Shown here: positions 35,805-53,720 of the stretch, piece after piece
Numbering within the stretch: position 1 is the stretch's first letter
Layout: each line of letters starts with the position of its first letter
NCBI RefSeq assembly: GCF_009914755.1
Contig: NC_060944.1
Direction: 5' to 3' (one strand)
From: the human T2T-CHM13v2.0 reference genome, Homo sapiens
Length of the DNA: 64,000 bases
Notes under the pieces: model-generated
Told to the model about the DNA's origin: nothing
The model's input: only the letters and a program-made list of their open reading frames with translations
Databases searched by the model: none
Made by a program: the position numbers and the translations under genes

Positions 35805-37520
35805 AAAGGAAGGACTTGGTGGGAGGTGATTGGATTATAGGGGCAGTTTCCCCCATGCCGTTCTTGTGATAGTGAGTTCGCACAAGATCTGATGGTTTTT
35901 GAAAGTGTTTGGCAGTTCCCCCTGGTGCCCTCTCTCTCACCTGCTGCCATGGAAGATGTGCCTTGCTTCCTCTTCATCTTCTGCCCTGATTATAAGTTTC
36001 CTGAGGCCTCCCCAGCCATGCAGAACTGTGAGTCAATTAAACCTCTTCTGTTTATAAATTACCGAGTATCGGGTATTTCTTTATAGCACAGTGAGAACAG
36101 ATAAATGCATGGGTAGATAGCCAAAGGAAATGAATTCAGTATGTTGAAGAGATACCTGCACTCCCATGCTCATTGCAGCATTATTCATACTAGCCAAGAT
36201 ATGGAGTTAACCTAAATGTCTGTTTATGGATGGATGGATAAAGAAAATCTAGTATATTATACAAGGAAGTATTATTCAGCCATAAAAAAGAAGAAAATCC
36301 TGCCATTTATGACAACACATATGAACGTGGAGGATATTATCTTAAGGGAAATAAGCCAATTACCAAACGACAAATACCGCATGATCTCACTTAGATGTGG
36401 AATCTAAAAACGTTGAATTTGCAGACACAGAGAATAAAATGGTGGTTTCCAGGGGCTGAGAGATGTGGGAAATGGGGAGAAGTTGGTCAAAGGATACAAA
36501 CTTTCCATTATAAGAAGAGTAAGTGCTGGAGATCAACTGTTACGCATGGTAATTTTCTGGGATCATTTGTGCTGCCATAACAAAATACCTGAGGCTTAAT
36601 GACTTATAAAGAAGAGAAATTTATCTCTCACAATTCTGGAGACTGGGAAGTCCAAGATCACGGTTTGTGAGGGCCTAGTTTCTCTGGTTCCAAGATGGTT
36701 CCTTGTTGCTGCATCTCCCAGAGGGTAGGAATGCTGTGTCCTCACATGGGGGAAGGGACACATGGGGTGAAAAGGGGTAAACTCCTTCTGTCAAGCCCTT
36801 TTATAAGGTCGTCTAATCCCTTTCATGAGGGTGGAGCCCTCCTGACCCAATCACCTCCTAAAGATCATACCTCTTAATACTGTTGCATTGGGCATTGTGT
36901 TTCAACATGAATTTTGGAGGGAACAAAAACGTCCAAACCACAGCAGTGACTACAGTTAACAATACTATACGGTATACTTGAGAGTTGCCAAGAGAGTAGA
37001 TCTTAAGTGTTTCAACACATTGTTAAAAAAAAAATTGGTAACCATGTGAGGTGATGGATGTATTAATTAACTTGACTGTGGTAATCATTTCACAATGTAT
37101 TTGCATATCAAATCATCATGTTGCATACCTTAAATATACATAATTTTTATTTGTCAGTTATACCTCAATAAAGCTGTAAAAAAAATTTAAGGAATAGATG
37201 AGATTTCTTTTTTCATAAAAAAGGAAAAGCTCTGGGTGTGGCAGCTCCTGCCTATAATCCCAGCACTTCGGGAGACTGAGGCAGGAGGAAAGCTTGAGGC
37301 CAGAAGTTTGAGACCAGCATGGGCAACAGAGCAAGACCTCATCTCTACAAAAAAACAAAATTATCCAGGTATTAGTCCCAGCTACTCGGGAAGCTGAGTC
37401 AGGAGGACTGCTTGAGCCCAGGAGTTCAAGGCTGCAGTGATTCATGATCATGCTACTGCACTCCAGCCTGGGTGAGACAGCGAGACTCCATCTCTAAAAC
37501 AAAAATAAATAAATAAAAAG
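35805..37520. mobile_element. MST/THE1 LTR, L1M 3' fragment, nested MaLR LTR and an Alu (about 37228-37520)
   Basis: Consensus motifs recognised by eye. Confidence 0.75.
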
Positions 37521-37653
37521 GAAAATTATCCAAAATAGCTAGCACATAGTAGGTCCAGTTTCCTCTCATGTATATACAACTTTACCCACACCTTTTCTGC
37601 TTGAGTTTGATTAGGTATACTAAGAGACAAACACAGAAGTCAGCCAAAGATGT

Positions 37654-37659
37654 TTTAAT
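37654..37659 (-). terminator. ATTAAA polyadenylation signal of DEFB122
   Basis: About 75 nt after the TAG stop. Confidence 0.65.
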
Positions 37660-37733
37660 AAAGCCCAGGAATCTACTGACATCAGACTTAAGGCAAGTTT
37701 ATCTTCATTTTTGTGGCCTCAGACTTTAAAGCA

Positions 37734-37882
37734 CTAATTCTTTATATGCTGTGGTAAATGTGGCTGGTCCTTGGGCTTCAAACAGCACAGTTTACCACTC
37801 ACGCAGAAAACATAGACCCTTTCATTCTTCAGGCATTCGTCACGGCAGGAGCCACGAAAATTCCAACATGTTTCAATCCTGC
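37734..37882 (-). pseudogene. DEFB122: DEFB122 exon 2, open frame (G)RIETCWNFRGSCRDECLKNERVYVFCVSGKLCCLKPKDQPHLPQHIKN*
   Basis: Acceptor TTTTTGTAATAG|GC; full six-Cys motif; no internal stop or frameshift; too short for the supplied ORF track. Confidence 0.9.
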
Positions 37883-40013
37883 CTATTACAAAAAGAAAAA
37901 AGAAAGGAGCTGATATCAGTTATGAGGGGAAATGAGTCCTGGACTGAGAAGACTAACAGAGGACCAGACAGAAGAAGGGGGCTGTAGAAGAAGGAGGCAT
38001 TCCCTCTAGGTAACTAGGGTGGTGGTATTGTCTATCACCATATTGAAACTCAGGAAATATCCAGTGAAACCCATGAGCCCTTTCTAAAGAATCTACTAGA
38101 AAAAGAGCTGTAGACAAGCAAATGAGAGGAGCATTGACACAGAACTAAATATTAAATATAAAGATACTTGTAGAACCAAAATGAGGATTTTAAAAGAGGT
38201 AGTAAAGTACATAATGGCTATATGTTCTGACAATATAAATAGAGTACAACATAAAAATGAGAGAATAATGGTGAGAACATATGCAGACATCTTAACTAGT
38301 TTGAGTAATCATGACATTATGGTAGCATTGATATTATTTTACTAAGACTATTGTATATGTAATGAGAGATCAATCAAATGAGTAAGTCATGGGATATTCT
38401 ATCGTCCCCTGTGACCTTGACAACCAGAATTCTCAGTATAGAAAAGAAAATACTGATGTAATATAAAAGTTGATTCTGAATTTGAGTTCTGAATTTGAAT
38501 TGAAAATGCCAATATGAACTCACAAGTATTTTATATTTAAATAGATAAAATAAATAGATGATTGATGGATGGATAGATAGATTGAAATTTTTCCAGCTCT
38601 GGTCACTGAGAAAGTCTAGAAACAATAACTAACTAGTAGAAATTAGTATTCCTAGTACCCATGCTATAATCTTAAAATACTATCTCCCAGTAAACTTTTT
38701 TTAAAAAACAGGACTTCTTGGAGATATGGTGGATTCCAGTTCTTGGGCAGTAAATTACAAGATGATCTTGAAACATTCTGTCGTACCAGATACTAAGAAA
38801 GCATCAAAGATTAATAGGGATATATCTAAAAGACATACGAGCCAAATTAAAGAGACTCCTATTGGCCAAGAATAAGACAATGTGTACTTCAATAGCGAAA
38901 ATAATTGCAATAGATTGAACTCATTGCTTAGAATCATCAGTTCAAAATAAATAATATTTAAGAAAAACTAATGGCTTAACCTCAGAGGCTGATAGAAAAC
39001 TAATTCATTATCTCTCAAACCAATTAAGCAAAGATAAACTCAAGCATTTATCCTGTCTTCCTCTCTGAACTCTCTAAACCCCAAGGTAACCAAACAGATG
39101 AGGGAAAATGCCTCTTTGATAAGGAGTTCAGCTAATAAATGAAGGTTCTTCCCAACATATCTGTACGGCTCACCCCTCACTTCCTTCAAGTCTTCATTTG
39201 AATGTCACCTTCTCAGTGAGGCATTCCCTTGACACCCCTTTTTAAGTTGCAAATTCACGTACCCTGATACTTGCTATCCCCTGCTTACCCTGCTCATTTC
39301 CTCCCCTAATAGAATCATAAGCTCCAAGAGGATGGAGATTTTGTTTGGTTGGTTGGTTAGTTGGTTGATTCATTGCTCTATCTCCAGCACCTGTGCCTGG
39401 CACACGGAATCCACTCAACAATATTTACTGATTGAACGAGTTATTTAAGCAATGACATGTCCACTATCCCCTAAATCCAGCTGCCATCCTGAGAAGAAGA
39501 AGGGGGTGAGGTGAAAGTAGAAATGCTGAAAGACTGAACATTTTAAAGCAAAATGAGCTAATCTGAGAGGTTCTTTTAAATCAAAAAAGATGAATACAAT
39601 TGTCTTCTGAAGTTGTGTACATCCCTGTGCCCTTTCTAACTCCCACTTTTCCTACCAGCAGGATGGGAGTTCCTGGAAACATTCAAATGAATTACAGAAA
39701 ATTTAAAAAGCTATATTTGTTGTACATCAAAATGTCAGTGTCCTCAATGTTGATCCTTCAACCTAATTTATTATTTTAAATTGAGAAAAGAATAAACTGA
39801 AACTCACAGGCACCAAGTAGTTTGCTGGGGGCATCACAGAACTTGCAAATGGTGAGGCAGGTTCTAAACCAGGATCTGGGGACTCTTTCCTCTTCCTCCA
39901 GACAATTAATATTTCACACTGCTCCCTGTCAGCCCATCCTCCCAGGCCCTGGTGTGCCCTGACCAAGACTCACTGTCTACTCCCAGTCCCTCCCCTAGAG
40001 AGGTCTAGGTTAT

Positions 40014-40071
40014 CTGGAATGACTTGGAGGAAGAGCAGCAGCACAGCCAAAGTTACCAAAAAAGTCTTCAT
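40014..40071 (-). pseudogene. DEFB122: DEFB122 exon 1: intact signal peptide MKTFLVTLAVLLLFLQVIP, but donor reads AT instead of GT
   Basis: 58-nt exon, 44/58 nt identical to DEFB123 exon 1; intron starts ATAACC where DEFB123 has GTAACC. Confidence 0.88.
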
Positions 40072-42352
40072 GACTTCAAGTAGCCCACAGAGTAGTCTCG
40101 GCTCTGGTGAAGTGGCAGGAAATGGAGGCGAGCTCAGGACTCTCTGCTGCCTCTAATCAGCTGGGAAGTGTGTCACTCACACGTGCCACTATCTGCCCAT
40201 GGGTACAGTTTGCTCTGGGACAACCTGCCTTTTTTTTTCATGCTCAGTCACCATCCCAACACCCCTGCACCCAGAGTGTGGACCCCACACCCCTGAGCTC
40301 GCACGCCTCCCTTTGTCCACCATCATCTTTTAGGGACCAGCAAAAATAAATCATACAACACCCAGAAGGATACTTTTAAAAATGTATGTCAGCCCTTGTT
40401 ATAATACAGCTTAAAAATCCTCCAAGACTCCACAACTAGAAAAAAAAAAATCCACAATCTTTACTATGCCCTGCAAAGCCCTATATTCTCTGGTTTAGAA
40501 ATCCACCATTATCATGGTTCTAATGTAAATGAAGCAAGCTCCTTTTTTCAAATGCAATTCCCAGTTTGAGAGCAGAGGAGTAAAGAAGAAAGGACGATCA
40601 TTCATATTTTAGGGAGAATGTGTCTATTGGATTATTTCCTAAGAAAGACAGCCCGAGTACCTAAAATCCTCAGTTTCAGGAAGCATTTTGGCATGGAGGG
40701 TGAGAAAAGACAAGCTGAAATATTCAGCTTGTTGTCCTGGCTGTGCCAGTTAGTGGCTGTGTGACCTTGGGAGAGTCACTTCCCTTCTCTGGGCTTTAAT
40801 CTCACCAATGAGCAGATTGGAGCAGATGGGCTGTAGGGATTAACTCAATCCTCATATACTATGATTCTTTGGGTGTGAAAAGGCATGGAAAATGGAATGC
40901 CTGGAACTCTAGGTTTTCAGCCCCAGCCTAGGCAACACTCATTGGGTTTACACCTTAGGATTCTCAGGGCTGCCCTTATCAGACTCCAATTCTCTTTACA
41001 CACTGGGGTCAGAGGCCTCTTCCCCTGATACCTACACCTGATATGCTATATGGTCCCTGCAAAACACAGTCCCTCTTTGGGCCTGCTTCTTGTATAGTCA
41101 AAGCACAAAACTTTACTCTGATTATTATAAAAGCTTAATATTCTCCCTAGAGCCCTTGAAGGGGTCTCATCACAGCAGGCTGTTTTGGACATGAGATCCA
41201 TTAGCTACTGATGAAAGAGCAGGGAAGACCTTGTTCTGTCTGTGTACCTCTGGGCACATGTCAGACATCACAACCTGTTCATGGTGGACCAAAACTCCTT
41301 AGGGCCAAATCTCATCAGGAATTAAAAACAACAACAACGAATTAAAGTGACATCAAGCTATATTTTTCACCTATCAAATTGACAAGAAGCTCTTTTTTTA
41401 TAATGATAATCCCAGAGTTTCATAGGATCAAGGACCTAGTTTCTCAACAAATGGCTATCCTTGTCTTTTCACTTTTGCCCAGAATGCAATGTCCAGAACA
41501 AATGGTAGGGGTCTTCTGTGGTATCCTGAACAGGGAGCCTCAGGATACCATAAGAGGAGTCTCAGGAGCTGTCTCCCATGTTTGTGGCAAAGGCCAGCCT
41601 ACCTATCAGTGAGTCCTTTGGGTTTATTGTCATCTTAGGTGCTACAGGGGTTGTCACACCTTCCCCCAGTTCATGTTTGGCCACTGGCAGATTCTACCTT
41701 TGACAACACCAGCACCTTCAACTAGGATGTGGTGGAGACCCAGATAAAGGTACTCCAGTCTGGATATGCTTCTGGACAAAGTGTAGATGGTCCCTCAGTA
41801 CCATTCCCATCGGTAGCCCAGAATCTCTCCTTCCAGTTGGTTTCATAGAATCTTGATGCTGTCCAGACCACAGGGATATTCAGCCTTAGGGGTTTCTGTG
41901 TTGTCCAGAGCATGATAGGGGCCTGCTTTGTAGCATCACTCAACATTAACTCTTAATGTATCTTTTTTCAATATTTATTCAAGATTTTAAAGATGCAACA
42001 CAAATGCCTTCTTTCCAGTGACTTAATTGGCTGTAGTTGTAGATGGGGTTAGATGGGATGGGACACTCAATACATTTTGTTTCTTTTTCATTGCTCAGAG
42101 GTAAACTCAGTGTCCAAAAAGAGGCAAGAGAATGCATTAAGAATTTCCTTGCCTAAATAGCCTATGGTGGATTTTTCTTTCCTCAGAAATGGGGAAAGAA
42201 CAAGGGTATAGTTGTTTCTATTTGAACAGAAACAACAACACTCTTGTTCATTGCATCATGAACATCTAAAGATATACTAATGCCTTTGTCATAATAAATT
42301 GGTTATCATGAAGTGTTAGTTTCCTAGCACTGCCATAATAAAAGTACACTTG

Positions 42353-45152
42353 TTTTTGTCACCTTGAAAAGATTTGTTCACTTATATTGACTTCAATTTT
42401 TTAAACTGTAAATTGCATTTTATTAGTAGAGCTTGAAAGGTTCAAAAACGCTCTCCCCTCTCCCCTCTCCCCTCTCCCTTTTCTCCTCTCCCCTCTCCCT
42501 CTCGGTCTCCCTCTCCCTCTCTTTCCACGGTCTCCCTCTGATGCCGAGCCAAAGCTGGACTGTACTGCTGCCATCTCGGCTCACTGCAACCTCCCTGCCT
42601 GATTCTCCTGCCTCAGCCTGCCGAGTGCCTGCGATTGCAGGCGCGCGCCACCACGCCTGACTGGTTTTCGTACTTTTTTGGTGGAGACGGGGTTTCGCTG
42701 TTTTGGCCGGGCTGGTCTCCAGCTCCTAACCGCGAGTGATCCGCCAGCCTCGGCCTCCCGAGGTGCCGGGATTGCAGACGGAGTCTGGTTCACTCAGTGC
42801 TCAATGGTGCCCAGGCTGGAGTGCAGTGGCGTGATCTCAGCTCGCTACAACCTCCATCTCCCAGCCGCCTGCCTTGGCCTCCCAAAGTGCCGAGATTGCA
42901 GCCTCTGCCCCGCCGCCACCCCGTCTGGGAAGTGAGGAGCGTCTCTGCCTGGCCGCCCATCGTCTGGGACGTGAGGAGCCCCTCTGCCTGGCTGCCCAGT
43001 CTGGAAAGTGAGGAGCGTCTCTGCCCCGCCGCCATCCCGTCTAGGAAGTGAGGAGCGCCTCTTCCCGGCAGCCATCCCATCTGGGAAGTGAGGAGCGTCT
43101 CTGCCCGGCCGCCCATCGTCTGAGATGTGGGGAGCGCCTCTGCCCCGCCGCCCCATCTGGGATGTGAGGAGCGCCTCTGCCGGGCCGCGACCCCGTCTGG
43201 GAGGTGAGGAGCGTCTCTGCCCAGCCGCCCCGTCTGAGAAGTGAGGAGACCCTCCGCCCAGCATCCGCCCCATCTGAGAAGTGAGGAGCCCCTCCGCCCG
43301 GCAGCTGCCCCGTCTGAGAAGTGAGGAGCCCCTCTGCCCAGCAGCCGCCCCGTCCGGGAGGGAGGTGGGGGGGTCAGCCCCCCGCCTAGCGAGCCGCCCC
43401 GTCCGGGAGGTGAGGGGCGCCTCTGCCCAGCCGCCCCTACTGGGAAGTGAGGAGCCCCTCTGCCTGGCCAGCCACCCCATCCGGGAGGGAGGTGGGGGAA
43501 TCAGCCCCCCACCCGGCCAGCCGCCCCGTCCGGGAGGGAGGTGGGGGGGTCAGCCCCACGTCCGGGAGGGAGGTGGGGGGGGTCAGCCGCCCTGTCCGGG
43601 AGGGAGGTGGGGGGGTCAGCCCCCCGCCTGGCCAGCCGCCCTGTCCGGGAGGGAGGTGGGGGGGTCAGCCCCACGTCCGGGAGGGAGGTGGGGGGGGGTC
43701 AGCCCCCCGCCCAGCCAGCCGCCCCATCCGGGAGGGAGGTGGGGTCAGCCCCCCGCCCGGCCAGCCGCCCCGTCCGGGAAGTGAGGGGCGCCTCTGCCCA
43801 GCCGCCCCTACTGGGAAGTGAGGAGCCCCTCTGCCGGGCCAGCCACCCCGTCCGGGAGGGAGGTGGGGGGCTCAGCCCCCCGCCCGGCCAGCCGCCCCGT
43901 CCGGGAGGTGAGGGGCGTCTCTGCCCGGCCGCCCCTACTAGGAAGTGAGGCGCCCCGCTGCCCGGCCAGCCGCTCCGTCAGGGAGGGAGGTGGGGGGGTC
44001 AGCCCCCTGCCCGTCCAGCCGCCCCGTCCGGGAGGTGAGGGGCGCCTCTGCCCGGCCGCCCCTACTGGGAAGTGAGGAGCCCCTCTGCCCGGCCACCACC
44101 CCGTCTGGGAGGTGTACCCAACAGCTCATTGAGAACGGGCCGGGATGACAATGGCGGTTTTGTGGAATAGAAAGGGGGGAAAGGTGGGGAAAAGATTGAG
44201 AAATCGGATGGTTGCCGTGTCTGTGTAGAAAGAAATAGACATGGGAGACTTTTCATTTTGTTCTGTACTAAGATAAATTCTGCTGCCTTGGGATCCTGTC
44301 GATCGGTGATCTTACCCCCAACCCTGTGCTCTCTGAAACATGTGCTGTGTCCACTCAGGGTTAAATGGATTAAGGGCGGTGCAAGATGTGCTTTGTTAAA
44401 CAGATGCTTGAAGGCAGCATGCTCGTTAAGAATCATCACCACTCCCTAATCTCAAGTACCCAGGGACACAAACACTGCTGAAGGCCGCAGGGTCCTCTGC
44501 CTAGGAAAACCAGAGACCTTTGTTCACTTGTTTATCTGCCGACCTTCCCTCCACTATTGTCCTATGACCCTGCCAAATCCCCCTCTGCGAGAAACACCCA
44601 AGAATGATCAATAAAAAAAATAAAAATTAAAAAAAAAGAAAGGTTCAAAAACATTTACAAAGGGCATAAAAGTGGTGGGTTTCAAAAAATATTAATATCT
44701 AATCATATATTTCGTTATGTTAAAAATTCTTACTTACCTTTTTCTTTCCCAGAGAGAGTTTAGGAATTTTCTCAGGTGTGTTTTCTGTAGGTGATTTCAA
44801 ACAGAATTCCAAGGCTCAGCTTTTAGAATGCTACGGAGGAAAATAATAGGGAAAATCTCCTTTGATTTTGGCTGTAGAAAATGAATACATTTCCACGAGG
44901 AAATATTGTAGATAATTGGTGAGTTACATAAATTTATAAAACATTAGTTCCTCTTTCTGCAGGGTAAATTCCTGAGAGTGAATATCTCTGGTCTGTATCC
45001 TGTTATCTTGATTTCTGAGTTTCATACTAAATTTCATGAGATGAAACTTGGTACCTCCTACAAGTTTTTCCCTATGACTAATTGTTTACTACATTATTTT
45101 TAATAGAAATAATACAATAATAAATTTATTATCTGAAAGAAAATAAATAAAT
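42353..45152 (+). pseudogene. Retrocopy-like AT-rich insert (about 0.6 kb excluding the SVA) inside an MLT1 LTR
   Basis: 12-bp TSD AAAGTACACTTG (42341-42352 and 45153-45164); AATAAA and A-rich tail. Confidence 0.7.
42450..44637 (+). mobile_element. Full-length SVA retrotransposon (D/E/F type)
   Basis: (CCCTCT)n head, antisense Alu-like domain, GC-rich VNTR, SINE-R, AATAAA and poly-A; perfect 15-bp TSD GAAAGGTTCAAAAAC (42435-42449 and 44638-44652). Confidence 0.97.
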
Positions 45153-45164
45153 AAAGTACACTTG

Positions 45165-45900
45165 CCATAACAAACTGAGTGGCTTAAAGTAATAAAAATT
45201 ATTTTCTCTCACAGTTCTGGAGGTCAGAAGTCCAAAATCAAAGTGTTGGCAGTGTTGCTTCCTCTTTAGGGCACAGAGGGAAAATCTGTTCCATGCTTCT
45301 CTCCTAGTCCATGGTGATTGCTAAATGATCATTGGCTTGTAGTGGCGTAACTCCAATCTCTGCCTCTGTGGTCATACAGCATTCTCCCTGTGTGTCTCTG
45401 TCCAAATTTCTCTTTTTTTTTTTTCTTTTTTTTTTTTGAGACAGGGTCTCACTGTGTTGCCCAGGCTGTAGTGCAGTGGTGAGATGTCAGCTCACTGCAA
45501 CCTCCACCTCCCGAGTTCAAACAATTCTCCTGTCTCAGCCTCCCAAGTAGCTGGGATTACAGGCACCTACCACCACACCCAGCTAATTTTTGTATTTTTA
45601 GTAGAGATAGGGTTTCACGCTGTTGGCCAGGCTGGTCTCAGACTCCTGACCTCAAATGATCCACCAGCCTCGGCCTCCCAAAGTGCAGGGATTACAGGCA
45701 TGAGCCACTGCGCCCAGCTGAAATTTCTTTTTTCTTATAAGGACACCAGCCACTGGATTAGAGCTCACCCTTATCCAACATGACTTCATCTTAACTTCAT
45801 TACATCTGCAAATATCCTATTTCCAGATAAGTCACATTCACAGGCACTTGGTGTTAGGACTAGAACATATATTTTGGGAAAGACACAATTCAACCCACGA
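45165..45900. mobile_element. MLT1 LTR with an inserted Alu (about 45410-45718, -)
   Basis: CTCACAGTTCTGGAGGTCAGAAGTCC motif. Confidence 0.8.
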
Positions 45901-46594
45901 CAAATTTTTTTTAAATTCTTATTATGAGTGAAACTGAACATCTTTTCATATGTTTAACGCCCTTTTTTACCTTTTTTTGTGGACTGTCTATTCGTATTTT
46001 TGTCTATATTCAAATAATTTTTAGTAATATCTTCCTCCTCTTTGTATTTTTTTGTTCCCTGTTTCTAGAATTCTTATTTTCCAGATATTGGGCTCTCTGC
46101 ACTGATTCTCTAATTTTATGTATTTTCTCTCCTGATTTCCATCCATTTGGCTTTTTTCCTCTAGTTTCTCAAAAATTTTAATCAAATTTGTCTTCCAGCT
46201 TTTCTATTAATCTTTCTTTTCCATTTTCTGCTATTATATTTTTTATTTCTAAGAGTTCTTATTTATTCCCTAACTTTTCCTTTTTGTAGTATCCTATTCT
46301 TGTTTCATGGTTGTAGTAGCATCTCTAATTTCTCACGAGGCTTTTAATAATGTTTTCCTGTCTGCATAATCTATTTCCTATAACTTGTTTGTTGGTTGGT
46401 TGGATGGTTGATCTGTTTTACATTAGATGTTTGCCTCTCATCAATGATCATATGACTAATGATTCTTAATTATGTACTTATATATAAAAGTGTGCCACTG
46501 CAAAGCTTATTAGAAACTCAATGAATGATTTTGTTCTGTTTGGTTTTGGTATCTAATTTTCATAATAGATACTTTAATGGCAACATTTGTGGTT

Positions 46595-48050
<1,456 letters not shown>

Positions 48051-48351
48051 TAAATTTAAATTTAAAGTGCTATTAATATTGTTTTTTATTTTTAACCAGA
48101 AAGTGTTAATTTGGCAAATTATATTAACTGATTTTCTAATTTTAAATCCAACTTGCATTCCTAGGATAAACCCAACTTAGTCACAAAGTATTGACATTTT
48201 TACATTTTCTGGACTTGCTGTGCCAGTGTTCCATCTAAGATTTCCACATCTATGTTTCTAAGTGAGATTGGCTTTCCTAATTCTGTACTCTTCAGGTTTT
48301 ACAGTCAAGTTATGCTGGTCTCATAAAATGAATGGGGAAATACTCCTTTTC

Positions 48352-48631
48352 TTTTCTTTTTTTTAAAGCATTATTTATACAAATGCATTTTATTGTTTTA
48401 AACAGAACAAAAGAAGAGGCAGAAAATATTTGCATACAACAAATCCTAGCTTATAAATGTAGTTTTTTAGCGGTGATGTCTCTAATCACCATTCAGGGAT
48501 TTTTTTTTTTTTTTTAATTTGCTTCACTGTGTCTTGAGCACTGATATTGGAGAAAAGCACATTCGGCAAAAAGTGTATGCCAGTGTCTCAAACCACTGGA
48601 AGAACTGGGAGAGCAAACATGATTTTTCTTA
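48352..48631 (-). pseudogene. 5'-truncated processed-transcript (3'UTR) retrocopy, source unidentified
   Basis: 18-bp TSD GGGGAAATACTCCTTTTC (48334-48351 and 48632-48649); AATAAA at 48394-48389; T-tract tail. Confidence 0.8.
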
Positions 48632-49369
48632 GGGGAAATACTCCTTTTCATCTTCTCTGGAAAAATTTGTGTGAAGTGAAATTTTTGTTATTATTATTTA
48701 TTATTTGTCCCACAAATGTTTGGTAGAACTTGTGGGTAAACTATCTGGGACTGGGACTTTCACTCTTGACCAAGATGGAGTGACAGGGACTATATTGATC
48801 TTCCCACCTGAAACAACTAAACAATCAGGCAGAAAATATAAATCGATACTTTCTAAAACATTAGACATTGAGGAATGGAGGACAGTGTTTCTTGAGATAT
48901 GATAAATAAACAATGTGGGCTCTGTGATTGCCCCACCTTATTGCCTTGAAAGAAATTTCAGACTATAAGACAGGAAGACAGGAGGCAGGAAAAGTCATGT
49001 TTTTGTGTTTCTTTTTTTCTCCTTTCTTGATCTCATATTTGAATTGTTTTTCTCATTCCACTTTTCCCTTCTGCTATTTTAAAAGTTACGCCTTCTATTT
49101 ATATAGCTAATGGTATGTTTTTCAAAATCTTTTTGACCATGACACAATATCTTTTACATAGTGATCAAGATATATATATTATGGTATATGTAATGACATA
49201 GAAATCATAATATATGATATACATATATTGAATTATTATCATTGAATTCAATTATTGATTGAACCAAAAGTTCTATGAGACATGAGTTGCTTTTACAGAA
49301 AGCAATGTCTTCTTGTCTATTTTATCCTACTCTATCCTGTTTATCACTTTCTAAAATGATTTCTTGACT

Positions 49370-50080
49370 GTGATGGAGAGACTCTAGGAGTCTTTCCCCT
49401 TATCCCTGCCTCCTGTTACTCATGCATTTGAGATCTCCTTCCCTTGAGTGTAGGTAGGATCTGTGACTTGCTGTTAACCAACAGAATACAGGTGGCAAAG
49501 GTGATGGAATGTAATGTCTGGATTACATTGCATAAGATTATAATCTATCTTGCTAGAAGTCCCTCTCCCTTGCTGACTTTGATGAAGCAAGTGACCACGT
49601 TAGGGAGGCACACATGACAAGAAACTGAGAACACTCCCACAAACATCTGGCAAAAAACTGAGACCCTGGGTCTTACAACCTATAATGACTTGCAGGCTGC
49701 CAACAACCACATGAGCATAGAAACATATCCTTCCCCGGCCGGGCGCAGTGGCTCATGCCTGTAATCCTAGCACTTTGGGAGGCCAAGGCGGGCGGATCAT
49801 GAGGTCAGGAGATCGAGACCATCCTGGCTAACACAGTGAAACCCAGTCTCTACTAAAAATACAAAAAATCAGCCGGGCATGGTGGCGGGCGCCTGTAGTC
49901 CCAGCTACTCGGGAGGCTGAGGCAGGAGAATGGCGTGAACCTGGGAGGCGGAGCTTTCAGTGAGCGGAGATCGTGCCACTGCACTCCAGCCTGGGCGAAG
50001 AGTGAGACTCCATCTCAAAAAAAAGGAAAGAAAAAAAAAAAAAAGAAATATATCCTTCCCCAGTTGAGCCTCAGATGAGA
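49370..50080. mobile_element. MLT1-type LTR with a nested AluY (about 49737-50045)
   Basis: Alu TSD GAAA(C/T)ATATCCTTCCCC. Confidence 0.8.
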
Positions 50081-50941
<861 letters not shown>

Positions 50942-50951
50942 GAGAGAGAGA

Positions 50952-53720
<2,769 letters not shown>

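Noticed and set aside
41223-41237. Androgen-response-like GGAAGAcctTGTTCT
   Set aside because: Mismatch at a key position; such matches are common by chance.
41470-41960. Coding-looking unique segment upstream of DEFB122
   Set aside because: No recognisable protein; possibly old ERV internal sequence, which I cannot support without a search.
42433-44449. Many long Pro/Gly/Arg-rich ORFs (up to 211 aa)
   Set aside because: All lie inside the GC-rich SVA VNTR or Alu-like domain and are stop-poor artefacts.
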